Assembly: GCF_006345805.1 (NCBI RefSeq)
Contig: NC_043006.1
Location: 103,106,001 to 103,170,000, forward strand
Reading direction: 5' to 3'
Source of the DNA: Octopus sinensis
Lineage: Eukaryota
DNA length: 64,000 bases
Part shown: in pieces, positions 41,126 to 53,229 of the stretch
Numbering within the stretch: position 1 is the first letter of the stretch
Layout: every line of letters begins with the position of its first letter
The notes under the pieces: model-generated
What the model was told of the DNA's origin: nothing
Database searches by the model: none
What the model saw: only the letters and a program-made list of their open reading frames with translations
Translations under genes and position numbers: made by a program

Positions 41126-41420
41126 CATATATATATATATGGCCACAGCTCATTAGCTGAAACTGGAAAAATCAAAATCAAAATCAAAATGTATGTGTGT
41201 GTATATGTTTGTGTGTCTGTGTTTATCCCCCCCGCCAACATCGCTTAACAAACAATGCTGGTGTGTTTACATCCACGTAACTTAGCGGTTCGGCAAAAGA
41301 GAACGATAGAATAAGTACTAGGCTTACAAAGAACAAGCCCTGGGGTCGATTTGCTCGACTAAAAGACAGCGCTCCAGCATGGCCACAGTCAAATGACTGA
41401 AACAAGAAAAAGAGTAAAAG
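40915..41420 (+). mobile_element. SINE family B, full length with internal TA microsatellite
   Basis: Head taggagtggctgtgttgtaagtaacttgcttac; tail caaatgactgaaacaagaaaaagagtaaaag. Confidence 0.85.
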
Positions 41421-41794
41421 AATAATATACATAATTCCTCATCCCTTAAATATAGAACTGTACTATTCTTTTATTTTGTAATAAAATCCTCCACACCACC
41501 ACTATGCTACATAGCAACAACCGAAGATTACTGTCTTAGACTGACTATGTCCATAAAAAGCTCATATGAAATTTGAACACAAAGGGTGGAGAACAATTCC
41601 AATATGGCAAAGGGTATTGGCCTGACTAATGTTTTAGGTCTGTCCCTCTTCCAAATTTGGCAATAGAAAGTCCCTACTGCTCGTAAGTGACTGTTATGCC
41701 ATCCCCTTAGTGACTTCTGGAAAGATCTGCAAGCCAAGTTTGCCCCAATAAAGGAAAAATATGTAGGGACCATTATCTTATACTTGTTTCTTTC

Positions 41795-41870
<76 letters not shown>

Positions 41871-41906
41871 TATATATATAATATATATATATATATTATA
41901 TATATA

Positions 41907-42498
41907 TAATTTACAAGATAAGGGCGAAAGAAAAATTCTAATGCCAAATATGCCGAAAAAAAGACAATAATTGTGAATAAACCATTATATTTTATGCGCC
42001 TCGAAACAAACCGATAGAAATCTCTACAAAATTCGTTATTACCGTATTGGAACAATTTCGGGGTTAATTCGTAAGAAATTACGCCCCCCTTCAGCGGCAA
42101 ATACGCGAGATATAAGTGAAATACTTACTCATACCCATGGAAAAAGCAAGCACTAAGTCCCGAGCAGACCTAAGTACCCCAAATATATCCAAAATAGAAA
42201 AAGATTTTTCTATTTTGGATATATTTGGGGTACTTAGTTCTGCTCAGGACTTAGTGCTTGCTTTTTCCATGGGTATGAGTAAGTATTTCACTTATATCTC
42301 GCGTATTTGCCGCTGCAGAGGGGAACATTTCTTACGAATTAACCCCGAAATTGGTCCAATACGGTAATAACGAATTTTGTAGAGATTTCTATCGGTTTGT
42401 TTTGAGACGCATAAAATATAATGGTTATTGACAATTATTGTCTTTTTTTCGGCATATTTGGCATTAGAATTTTTCTTTTGCCCTTATCTTGTAAATTA
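41907..42498. repeat. Large fold-back: ~296-bp inverted arms, 2-nt loop at 42203-42204
   Basis: Arms pair along their whole length with scattered mismatches (roughly 95% by eye); the left arm abuts (TA)n. Confidence 0.95.
42303..42364 (+). ncRNA. Hammerhead-like motif in the right arm (mirror copy at ~42043-42103, minus strand)
   Basis: CTGCAGA-GGGG...CCCC-GAAA-TTGG-TC-CAATACG; the mirror arm reads CTGAAGG-GGGG...CCCC-GAAA; consensus CTGAAGA. Confidence 0.6.
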
Positions 42499-42584
42499 TT
42501 TATAAATTTAACCTTTAAAGGTATTTTTGATATACTGGCCATTGATAAAATTTTTTTCCCGAAAAATATTTTATCCTACATTAG

Positions 42585-42638
<54 letters not shown>

Positions 42639-42744
42639 TTTTCTTTTCTTTGTTACAGTCATGAGATTGCAGCCATGCTGGGGTACACCTTGGAGAATTC
42701 ACTTACAAGGCTGGTTGGTTCGAGGCTATACTAGAAAACAAAAC

Positions 42745-43050
42745 AATATATATTGTTGTTTGTTCCTTCTCGGGCCATGTCTGCCTCATAAGGGCTGGTT
42801 TCCCGGTTTCTTGGCGTATAGGTTCCCCACCTGGACGGGACGCCGGTCCGTTGCAGGTGAACTGCAAGATGCAGGAGGAAAGATTCAGCGAAAGTTGTGG
42901 CGAAAGAGTCAGCAGAAGTTTCGCCATTACCTTCTGCCGGAGCCGCGAGGAGCTTAGGTGTTTTCGCTCATAAACACACACATCGCCCGATCTGAGATTC
43001 GAACCCGCGATCCCTCAACCGCGAGTCCGCTGCTCCAGACCATGTGCATC
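42745..43050 (-). mobile_element. tRNA-derived SINE (head related to 11178 copy, V-domain-like core)
   Basis: Minus strand: cagcggactcgcggttgagggatcgcgggttcgaatctc..gagcgaaaacacctaagctcc..cctgcaacggaccggcgtcccgtccagg. Confidence 0.75.
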
Positions 43051-43051
43051 C

Positions 43052-43112
<61 letters not shown>

Positions 43113-43119
43113 ATAATAT

Positions 43120-43177
<58 letters not shown>

Positions 43178-43180
<3 letters not shown>

Positions 43181-43448
43181 TAAGCAATAAGGGTTTAGCA
43201 ACGAATTGCCTTACCACATACCGAATTTAGAAATAGCAGTCAAAGGGTTATAGCTATTTCTTCTAGAAGAAATAGCTATAACCCTTTGACTGCTATTTCT
43301 AAATTCGGTATGTGGTAAGGCAATTCGTTGCTAAACCCTTATTGCTTAGTATTACTTAAATTTTCCTCGAATGAGGCTTTTACATGCCGAAGACTACTTG
43401 GTGTAATTGATAATTATTCCAAATTAATTAATTTCACCCTTCATTATT

Positions 43449-43452
<4 letters not shown>
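43178..43452. repeat. Fold-back element: perfect 87-bp arms with no loop, plus shared tail
   Basis: 43178-43264 is the reverse complement of 43265-43351 (centre TCTAGA); (TA)n on both sides; same family as 27603-27935. Confidence 0.95.
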
Positions 43453-43484
<32 letters not shown>

Positions 43485-43494
43485 CAATAGTTTA

Positions 43495-43550
43495 GATAAA
43501 AACCATTGGTTTCATATCTAGCGTGAACTAGGCATTTCTTCAGTTTTTTC
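43495..43550 (-). ncRNA. Hammerhead-ribozyme-like motif with intact catalytic core
   Basis: Minus strand GAAAAAA-CUGAAGA-A-AUGCCUAG-uucacg-CUAGAUAU-GAAA-CCA-a-UGG-UU-UUUAUC. Confidence 0.65.
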
Positions 43551-44300
43551 GAAACGATAACCGATCTCTGCAAAGAATGTTTACTATATGTATATATATA
43601 TATGTGAATGTGTCTGTGTATAAATATATATTTGTATTCACATACATACAACGCAACACATGCACACGTGCACACACACACGCACACACACACATACACA
43701 CACATATTCACTCACACATAAAAAGCATGTGTTTGTATGCATGTATGTATAAAGAGTCAGAGAAATGGTATCACAGGGAAGAGGAAGATGGAGTAGAAAC
43801 TAAACATAATTTATAGAATATATAAAATATAATAATTCAGTCAACATTGCTGTATCCATGCTGCGTTATTTTGATATATTCAACATGTTATAAACAGTTA
43901 TGTGATAAAATATTAACTGTAGAGTATACGCGACTATTTTGTGTTTTTACGTTAGTTATTTTTTTCTCTTCTATTACAAAATATTCATCAACGTTATATT
44001 TACGAAAACACCCTCGAAATTCTTGTGCTTGACTTCTTAATCAATCTTTCATCAAGCTGTATTCGTGTATTCAACCATTGGGATTCAGTTAATCATGCCA
44101 ACATAGATACGCACATGCACATATGTAGCCATATTTAGAGAGGTTTGTATGTGTATCCACATGTTTAGCGGCACATAAACTTATATGCATTCACGAATAT
44201 ATGTGTGTCTGTATGCAGAAATACCTCTCGGTCTACAAAGATTATCATTGTAACCTATACACTTAATAGCAATAATAGTAATAATAATAATAATAATAAC

Positions 44301-44387
<87 letters not shown>

Positions 44388-46779
44388 AATACTAATAATA
44401 CTATTACTATTACTACTAATAATAATGGTAATGGTTTCAAATTTGGAAGGAGGGGATGAGTCGATTACATTAACCCCAGTGCTCAACTGGTATTTATTTT
44501 ATTGGCCCCGAAATGATGAAAGGTAAAGTCGACCACGGCGTAATTTGAACTGAGAATGTAAAAACAGACGAAATACAGGTAAATGGTAGACGCAGCTTAT
44601 ATATAGAGCAGCATGGAGCAAACACATCCGAGACGATCGGAAAAAAAGATACAAGTTAGGGACGAGCAACAATAGACAAAAATAAGTACCCACTTATCTT
44701 GACGGCAGATATCTCAACCTCTCTCTTTCTGCAATACTCTTCCGCCTCTTATGGTCATGTAAAAGCAACCTAATCTCCGACTCCAAGCCTTACAAACGCC
44801 AGTCCATTCTATGGTTATGTCCGTCGGTTTGACTACCTTCTTCTCTCCTGGCATTTGTTTAAACTGGCAGAACAGCGGAAGTAACAGTTACCTAAAAATA
44901 TAGAATACATCAGAACAAAGTTAAAGCTAAAATTATAAAAAAGATTTTGTAGAAAAGTTTATTTTATATTTTATAGAATGAACCGGCCATATTTCAAATA
45001 ATATCTATTTTTCTGTAAATCATTATTTTCGATTAGCACTTAGCTGTGAATTCGGAGTAAAAGACAAACGGTAGAAAGATAAATTGATGTATTTGGATTT
45101 TCGGAAAATGGAAATGGAATTTAATCGAATTAAGAAAAGCGAAAAAGATGAAAAAAGTATAAATACAAAGAAATAGGGATCGTGGAAATAATAGAATTAT
45201 TTAAAGTAGAGGGAAAACAGCTGTTTGGTGTTTAAATATATAAATAAGATGAAACACAGTAGAAAAATGCATGAGAATATGGTTCAGTAAATAGAATTTG
45301 CTGATCACAATATATTAAAGATTTTGGTAGCTTCAACATTTTAGTCGCCATATATGTTGTGAGGGAGAGGCATTTTTGCCATATATGTTGTGAGGGAGAG
45401 GATTGTTTTTGCCGGGTGTCTTAAAGAATATGTGTAAATTGTATGCGTCACATACAATAAAAATACATTCTGTTAATACTAAATTCCCTTCAGTCAACTA
45501 ACTTGACTTTAGCACAATATACTAGCTCAGTGCTGAAGCAGTTGCTATCAAGTGAAGAAAATTTAGGTTGGCATTATTCCATTGTAGTTCGTTTAATGAT
45601 AGGATGTTTTGCTATAGTGTCTTCTATCTATACTGAAATAGAAATGTTTGATGGCGCTAGTATATTTGTAACTACCTTCAATATTCCTTAGATAAATGTG
45701 GTGCCTCTGTCCATTTGAGATGCATTTCACTATCTCACCGAGGAATATTTTGATTATATTGGATGCCACACCCGAGGAGGATTAAACCAGATGTTGCAGC
45801 ACGTGCGTAGAACTTATGGATATATGATGATAAAAGGAATCAGGAGGTCTTTTATATTGAAACATCTATCTTTCAAGGTTGCCGTTAAAATACAGTTTTT
45901 CACGATAAATAATCACTTAATAAGACTTGTTAACAGAAATACGAAACCTAATAATTTCACTACAATTTTAAGTATACTCGAATATGATTAGAGGACTTGG
46001 CTTCCTATAAGAGACATGCATATTAGTAATAATAGCTATCGTAATATATAAAATAAATGAACTATTGTGATGTTAATGACAGTATATCTTATGCTTAATG
46101 CTTGAATTCGTTAGAAACATCTTTATTAAGTTTGTTAGGCTGACAGCCATTGATATCCACAGGCCATAAGGCTGAATTTCTCTCATAGTCTGAGATATAT
46201 AAAGACCACTATCTCACGAAATGCAAACCCAGGATAGAGGATATCTCAGAGCTTTCTAAACACTTAGTTATAGCAAGTTAAGCAATTCGCATTGCAGCTA
46301 AATGCTTCAAGACTCCACTCCATTCCGCATCTTACTGAGCAAGTGTCATTCATCATATCTGCACCACATCTGAATTATCAGGGTTACGTCCACGTCTCTG
46401 AAATATTGAGTAAATCATATTTAAGTTGAAAGCTTTTCACCTCCCCTGTTCGAAGGTTGTAATGGACGCAGGTTCGTGTGTCATATAGCTAGCTAGAGGC
46501 GATGGCCTCTTGGAGCTAATCAGCGACAGCTTTAGTCTTATATTTATAGACTGCCATATTAGTATGGCGATAACTATTAATTTTCACATACATATATATA
46601 TATAAATACGTATATACATACATGCATGCAAGCATGAATACATACATACATACATACATACATACATACATACATACATACATGCATATATACATACATG
46701 CATAAATACATACATACATACATACGTACGTACATACATACATACATGCGCGTGTTTCCTCTGCGTGTGTGCATACATA

Positions 46780-47286
46780 GAGTTCTATTGACCGTTGCAG
46801 GATGAAGAGGGGAGCAAATAGTAAGTGTATTCATTTGCCCAGCAGATGTTAACATAAAGCTGAAGAACTGTGAAAAAGAGAACAGCTATACCGAACTATT
46901 GAGAAATCGGCACTTATTCTATCCTATTACAAGTTCGGGACCTGGGATATGTAACACACTGCTTAAATGCCAACCTTGAGAAATTAGGCTTCTCAAAACC
47001 AGAAAGGAGAAAGCTAATTCGAAGACTACAGATCCAATCCATCACTGGAACTGTAAAGACCTATAAAGCTTTCCAGAAGTTTATCATTTAAACATATATG
47101 AGCATGTCTAAATATGCAACTATGTGAATGAGAATACACTTCATAAAACATACAAATCCGCACACACATACATATATACAAAACACCCTATTGTTGATGT
47201 TGAAATTCCAAAGGAGCCTTGGATCTAGGTTAGAAACCGGTTCTTTCTCTATTGGCAAGGAATCTTCAAATAAACTGAATAATGAC
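46780..47286 (+). mobile_element. 3' fragment of an RLE-type LINE flanked by (CATA)n
   Basis: CPADVNIKLK..EKENSYTELLRN..LEKLGFSKPERRKLIRRLQIQSITGTVK..FQKFII*, then 3' UTR; CATA arrays at ~46585-46745 and 47287-47320. Confidence 0.75.
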
Positions 47287-47320
47287 ATACATACATACAT
47301 ACATACATACCTACATACAT

Positions 47321-47725
47321 ACAGTAAAAACTGTATAAACTGTAAACATAATAGACCAGATGAAGTGATTATACGAGAAACTATGAGTGATACATGAATC
47401 TAACTTAATGGAAATAAGATGCACAACAGATTTTTACATTAAGCTAAATAACAGTAAAAAGGAAAATACCAACGCTGAACTACTGAGAAATTTGCAGTTA
47501 CTTCATTCGGATAATAGGTTGGGGTTTATACCTGTAATTATTGGGGCACTGGGATATGTACACTGCCTAAGAACCAATCTTGAGGAACTAGGCTTCTTAA
47601 AATCAGAAAGGGGAAACTAATTAGATTAAAGATTCAAAATATCAATGGAATTGTAAAATTTGGCAAATCTTTCCAGAAGTTTAGTATTTAAGTATATATG
47701 TGCATGTCTAGATCTGCATGAGAAT
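47321..47725 (+). mobile_element. Second diverged copy of the same RLE LINE 3' end
   Basis: CKHNRPD..KKENTNAELLRNLQLLHSD..FIPVIIGALGYVHCL..LEELGF; begins directly after (CATA)n. Confidence 0.75.
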
Positions 47726-48087
47726 ACTAGGGGTTTAGAGGATCACATCAATGCCAATATTTGATCGGTATTTATCTTATCGATCCCGAAAGGATGAAGG
47801 GCAAAGTCGACCTCGGCGGAATTTGAGATCAGAATGTATGGACGGACGAAATACTGCTAAGGAATTTCTCCGGCGTGCTAACAGTTCTGCCAGTTTACCC
47901 TCCCCATCAATCTTCGATTAAATAATGATCCTTGTTAATCTCGATGGAAGACAACTGTCAATTTTATCGATTGCAGTAATTAACTGGTCCTTATTTGATG
48001 AACTCCAGATAGACGACAGACAAATCCCCTCAACCCAGAACAATAGCTTTCACATAATCCGAGACGTTGAGCAACAAATTAATGAAC

Positions 48088-48243
48088 TTGGCTGTGTGGT
48101 AAGTAGCTTGCTAACCAACCACATGGTTCCGGGTTCAGTCCCACTGCGTGGCACCTTGAGCAAGTATCTTCTGCTATAGCCCCGGGCCGACCGAAGCCTT
48201 GTGAGTGGATTTGGTAGACGGAAACTGAAAGAAGCCTGTCGTA

Positions 48244-48286
<43 letters not shown>

Positions 48287-48495
48287 ATGTGTTTGTGTGT
48301 CTGTGTTTTTCCCCCTAGCATTGCTTGACAACCGATGCTGGTGTGTTTACGTCCCCGTCACTTAGCGGTTCGGCAAAAGAGACCGATAGAATAAGTACTG
48401 GGCTTACAAAGAATAAGTCCCGGGGTCGATTTGTTCGACTAAAGGCGGTGCTCCAGCATGGCCGCAGTCAAATGACTGAAACAAGTAAAAGAGTA
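48088..48495 (+). mobile_element. SINE family B
   Basis: Close match to the 40915 and 58487 copies. Confidence 0.85.
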
Positions 48496-48599
48496 AGCAA
48501 TACAAATAAATAACCATGAACAAATAAATACCCCCCCCCCATCAACTTGAAATAAAGGTGTGCATGACCGAACAGAAAGTGTCCACTTACGGCCAATTC

Positions 48600-49020
48600 G
48601 GATATTTTCGGTTTGAACGGCAGTTTTTTCTAGCGATGTCATATGAAATTGTCACCCATAATGATGACCCTAGTATCGATCTATTGCATTTCAATCTGTT
48701 TTAGGGTTAGGGTTAGAAGTGGAGGAAGGGTATCTGTTTTTCTTCACAAATGTAAATAAACACAATCTGTTTCTTAAACGAGAGACATATTCATACGGCA
48801 CAGAAGGTTTTTTTTTTACCTCAATAGACGTCAGTGATTGGTTGAAATTGCAGAAATTGAAGAAAAAAACAAAACAAATATCTTACAAACGATATAATTT
48901 TCTCAATAAAGCCGAGAGAAAAAGATGTTTTATAAACACATTCTACCAGTATATGAAGTTTAAAATTTTCTAGTTACCTAGAAATTATGTTAAAAACTGC
49001 CGTTCAAACCGAAAAGATCC
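48600..49020. mobile_element. MITE with ~28-bp TIRs and 8-bp TSD
   Basis: ggatattttcggtttgaacggcagtttt / aaaactgccgttcaaaccgaaaagatcc (one mismatch); gccaattc at 48592-48599 and 49021-49028. Confidence 0.9.
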
Positions 49021-52000
49021 GCCAATTCTAGTCAAGAAATAGAAATATAGAAAATCCAGTTTTATACGTGGTAGGTAGTTGTATACGTAGATGTGTCTGA
49101 TATAATATTGCATATGGTGAGTTTTACGATACTTGATGCAACAGCATTATATATTAATATATTAAAGGGACGCCAACTTGTCTATTCAAACATGAGTGGA
49201 AATATTCATATCGCACTATTCCTAAACGTCAATAATTTAACAAGAGCTTATTAGTTTGGAATTGAGAACGGCATGTTCAAAAGTTGAAAGTTATTTCAAA
49301 GAAAGTCAAGCTTAAATAGCCACATGAAGTAAGTATCAGGGACAGGCAAGTCACGATTCATGGGTTGCTGTTATAAAAAGTATGGCATCAAAATATCGAA
49401 TTATCTCCAGCGAGGTAAACTAGTCCTAATGTCGACAATGGACTGGACTATGCTCAAGTCGACCAAAGGTCAACTAAAGCAATTGAAAAATGGGGACAGA
49501 TGCAACTGAATCTACATCGAGGAACATACAATGCTACTGTTCATTAAGGTGGCAAGCTGCAGAATTTTAATGTACCGGACAAAATTCTTAGCGACATTTC
49601 GTCCGGCGTTATGCTCTGAGCTCATATTCGGCCAGGGCTGCCTTCCTTCCTTTCGGGTGATAAAATAGTTATCAGTTAGACACTTGGATCGATGTCATCG
49701 ATTCGGCCCCTTCCTCAAAATGACAGGCGTTGTGTTTATAGTAGAAACGTTAAGTTAGTCTACATGCGGAAGGTATTGTGGCGTCGCGGTTAGGGCGTTC
49801 AGCTCATGTTCATAAGATCGAGGGTTCAATTCCTCAACCGGCCAGCGTTGTCTCCTTCAACAAAGCACTTTCACGTTATTCCATTCTACACAGTTGCAAA
49901 TAAGTACCAAGTGGGTATTAATTAGCGTATAAATGTTTCCCTCCAGCTGAATGTTTCGATCGATGAAGGGCAAAAGAGCAGAGGGTGTCCATGTCTTCTC
50001 ACCAAATACATAGACACTTACAAACGATTACTGAAAGCATACAACATGCTACCAGTGAGAGGTGTAGTGTGGTCACCTTGTGCATATAATCCTTAGTGGC
50101 CTAAATTTTCAAAAGAAAACAATAATAAAATTCCAATGATAAATAAAAAAGCCAAAAATAACGCCCCCTCCCTGTAATGCATGCCTTGCCTCAAGTGCTG
50201 GCAACCCACACTACGTTGCTGCATGCTACTAAGGTATACTCGCACTTGATTGACGGCTGGCTGTACTATTTATACTACTGGCAGTGTCAGAAATTCCAGT
50301 TATTTCGATGTAGTTTAATGGCTTACAGTATTTAGTTTCATTCCTCTAGTATATAAGTTTAGTTATTCTTGAGGGTGAAATTGTGTCTCTTCTCTTCTCC
50401 TCTTCTTAGAATCAATAACATTTCTACCAGTAAAATTGCAGTAATATATACTTCCTCTACAAATATAACCTCTCTTGTCAAATAAAATTTACATTCTACC
50501 ATGTATGAACGAGATTATATGTGCTAACGTGTATGCGTATATGCAAGTGTTATTATACGTGTGTAAATGTCGACAGGGTGTGTGTTTTTGAAGGATGTCG
50601 TCTGCATGCTTCAATTTTTTTAATCGTCATGACGCCAGATTTGTGTATGGATTAGTTGACAGAGATGGTGAAATGGGAGGAGCTTCATTAGTTCCAGTGT
50701 GACGATGATGTCTGCAGCAGATAAACGGCTTAACATATATAGTACACACAATTGCACAGAACTGGTTTGGTTGCTTGCTCTGCTTTGCTTCTTTTTTCAT
50801 CCCTTTCCTTCTGTCTTCCTTTCTTTCGTTCATTTGTTCATCTATGCTTCCTTCAATTTCTCGTTTTTTCTCTGTTTCTTCCTAACACTGTCTCTCTTTG
50901 TATTCTATGCAGGGATTTCTGTATTTTTTTTTAGCTTTTCTTGGCCAGTGCTATACATTCTTTTCTCAGTGAGCAGCAAAAATGACACGGTTTCGGTCCA
51001 CGTCTGTAACTAATTCATTTCAAAGATCCCTGAAATGAAATAGAAATGGTTTCCAGAAGAGAAAGGATATTAACCAATCTAATTTTCACCTCTCAAAAAT
51101 TTAGCTATCATCCTTGTTTCTCGCCAAACCAACTTTAAAGAAGCGAGTCTAAAATCAATGGCATTCCAGCGGTGACCATCCAGTCCTGTTTAGAATTTAT
51201 TGAAATACATTATCTCATATATGTCTTCTTTTGTTTAAACGGCAAGGAGTAGTTTGAGGGATTTATCTGACATTTGTAGCAGGGCTACATACAACATCAC
51301 TTGAACTTCTGTGGATACGTGCTATTGGAAGAGGTTACCGTTAGTAGAGTGCGGAAAGGCGGCAAGCTAGCATAATCGTTGGCATGCCGGGCAAAATGTT
51401 CAGCCGCATTTTTTCCGGCTTTACGTTGTGAGTTCTAAAAGTGCGAAGGTCAACTTTCCCTTTCATCCTTTTTCTTTTCTTCAATAAAATAAGAACCAGT
51501 CGACTGGTCCCTCTTCTCCAAAATATCAAACCTGCTTATAGCAAAAAGGTGAGGAACTAGCAGAATCGTTACTGTGCCAGACAAAATACTTAGCGGCATT
51601 TCTTCTGGTTTTACGTTCTAAGTTTAAATTCCGCAGTGGTCGACTTTGCCGTTCGTCCTTTCGAGGTCGATAAAATAATTACCAGCTGTGCACTGGCAGC
51701 AATCTGATAGGCCTTGTGCTTATAGTAGTAAAATAGTAGCATTTACAAAATAGCATTTCCATGTCATTTAACCTTCAGCATATAAAAATATCGCCGAGAG
51801 GAGCAATCAAAACTCTTAAGCATTCAGGAAATTTTAAAATATCTTTCGAGGCTTTTGTGTATGACGTTTCGTTGTTGCAGCTGGATGGTAATGGTGGCGG
51901 CGGCGGCGGTGGTGGTGGTGGTAGCAATGGATGGAGTAGCAACGGTTGCTGGTGTTTGAAATTTAGCTCTTCAACTTTGAGATCAGTTATATCAGTACAG

Positions 52001-52097
52001 TCGAAGACTTATGTCAATTTCATCGACCAAGCACACCTACCTGATTAAAACTCCGGGCAATCTTATCTTATTATTATCATCAACATTATTATTATTA

Positions 52098-52151
<54 letters not shown>

Positions 52152-52152
<1 letters not shown>

Positions 52153-52218
52153 GTTTTTTCCTTCTTTCTTCAAATTTTCTTCCGTTTCTCGCCGAGTGTT
52201 TTCCATACACCTAGGGCA
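52152..52218 (-). mobile_element. Extremely truncated 3' tip of the Dong element inside an (ATT)n array
   Basis: Reverse complement tgccctaggtgtatggaaaacactcggcgagaaacggaagaaaatttgaagaaagaagg matches ~19978-20035. Confidence 0.8.
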
Positions 52219-52234
52219 TTTATTATTATTATTA

Positions 52235-52272
<38 letters not shown>

Positions 52273-52336
52273 TTATTATTATTGTTGTTGTTGTTGTTGT
52301 TGTTGTTATTATTATCATTATTATTATTATTATCAT

Positions 52337-52830
52337 TAAAGCGGCTAGCTGGCAGAAACGTTACTGCGCCGGGCGAAATGCTTAGCGGTATTTCGTCTGC
52401 CGCTACGTTCTGAGTTCAAATTCCGCCGAGGTCGACTTTGCCTTTCATCCTTTTGGGGTCGATTAAATAAGTACCAGTTACGCACTGGGGTCGATATAAT
52501 CGACTTAAACCGTTTGTCTGTCCTTGTTTGTCCCTTTTGTGTTTAGCCCCTTGTGAGTAGTAAAGAAATAAGTATTTCATCTGCCGCTACGTTCTGAGAT
52601 CAAATTCCGACGAGGTCGACTTTGCCTTTCCTCATTTCGTGGTCTATTAACTAAGTACCAGTTACGCACTGGGGTCGATATAGTCGGCTTAATCCGTTTA
52701 TCTGTCCTTGCTTGTCCTCTCTGTGTTTAGCCCCTTGTGGGTAGTAAAGAAATATGTATTTCGTCTGTCTTTTCGTCCTGAGTTCAAATTCCGCCGAGGT
52801 CGATAAAGTAAGTACCAGTGAAATACTGGG
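52337..52830 (+). mobile_element. SINE family A head-to-tail array (one full unit plus two headless units, 184-bp period)
   Basis: gtatttc(g/a)tctg starts at 52388, 52572 and 52756. Confidence 0.85.
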
Positions 52831-52883
52831 GCCAATGAAATTGACTTATCCTCTCACTCAGAATTCCTACACGTGTTGTAAAA

Positions 52884-52914
<31 letters not shown>

Positions 52915-52918
<4 letters not shown>

Positions 52919-53200
52919 GAAAGCTCACACCTTATTTTGCTGGGTATGATGGAAAGTGTCAGCTGTTCGCAAATAGCAGTCAAGGTGACACTCCTTTACT
53001 GGTCCTACTTCGAGAATCCTACGAAGAATTCTTGCAGTTTCAAACAATGCTGATTTTTATAGGTGTTCTACCTTTACACATGCACCTATGTTTTTTTTAC
53101 TTATGTTGGTAGCTGAGTGCTGATACTTCCAAGTGCGCCAATTACTATTGGTATCACGTCTACTCATTTCATTGACTACAACCTTCATATTTCACACTTC
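52915..53200 (-). mobile_element. Dong-like LINE 3' fragment
   Basis: Minus strand VIPIVIGALGSIS..QKSALFETARILRRILE then 3' UTR and (TAA)n (52887-52916); the TAA run at ~53204-53230 lies on its 5' side. Confidence 0.75.
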
Positions 53201-53229
53201 AAATTATTATTACTATTATTATCCTTATT

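Noticed and set aside
41528-42100. 190-aa minus-strand ORF and the mirror ORFs at 42116 and 42421
   Set aside because: They run through a TA array and the hairpin arms, with no protein family signature.
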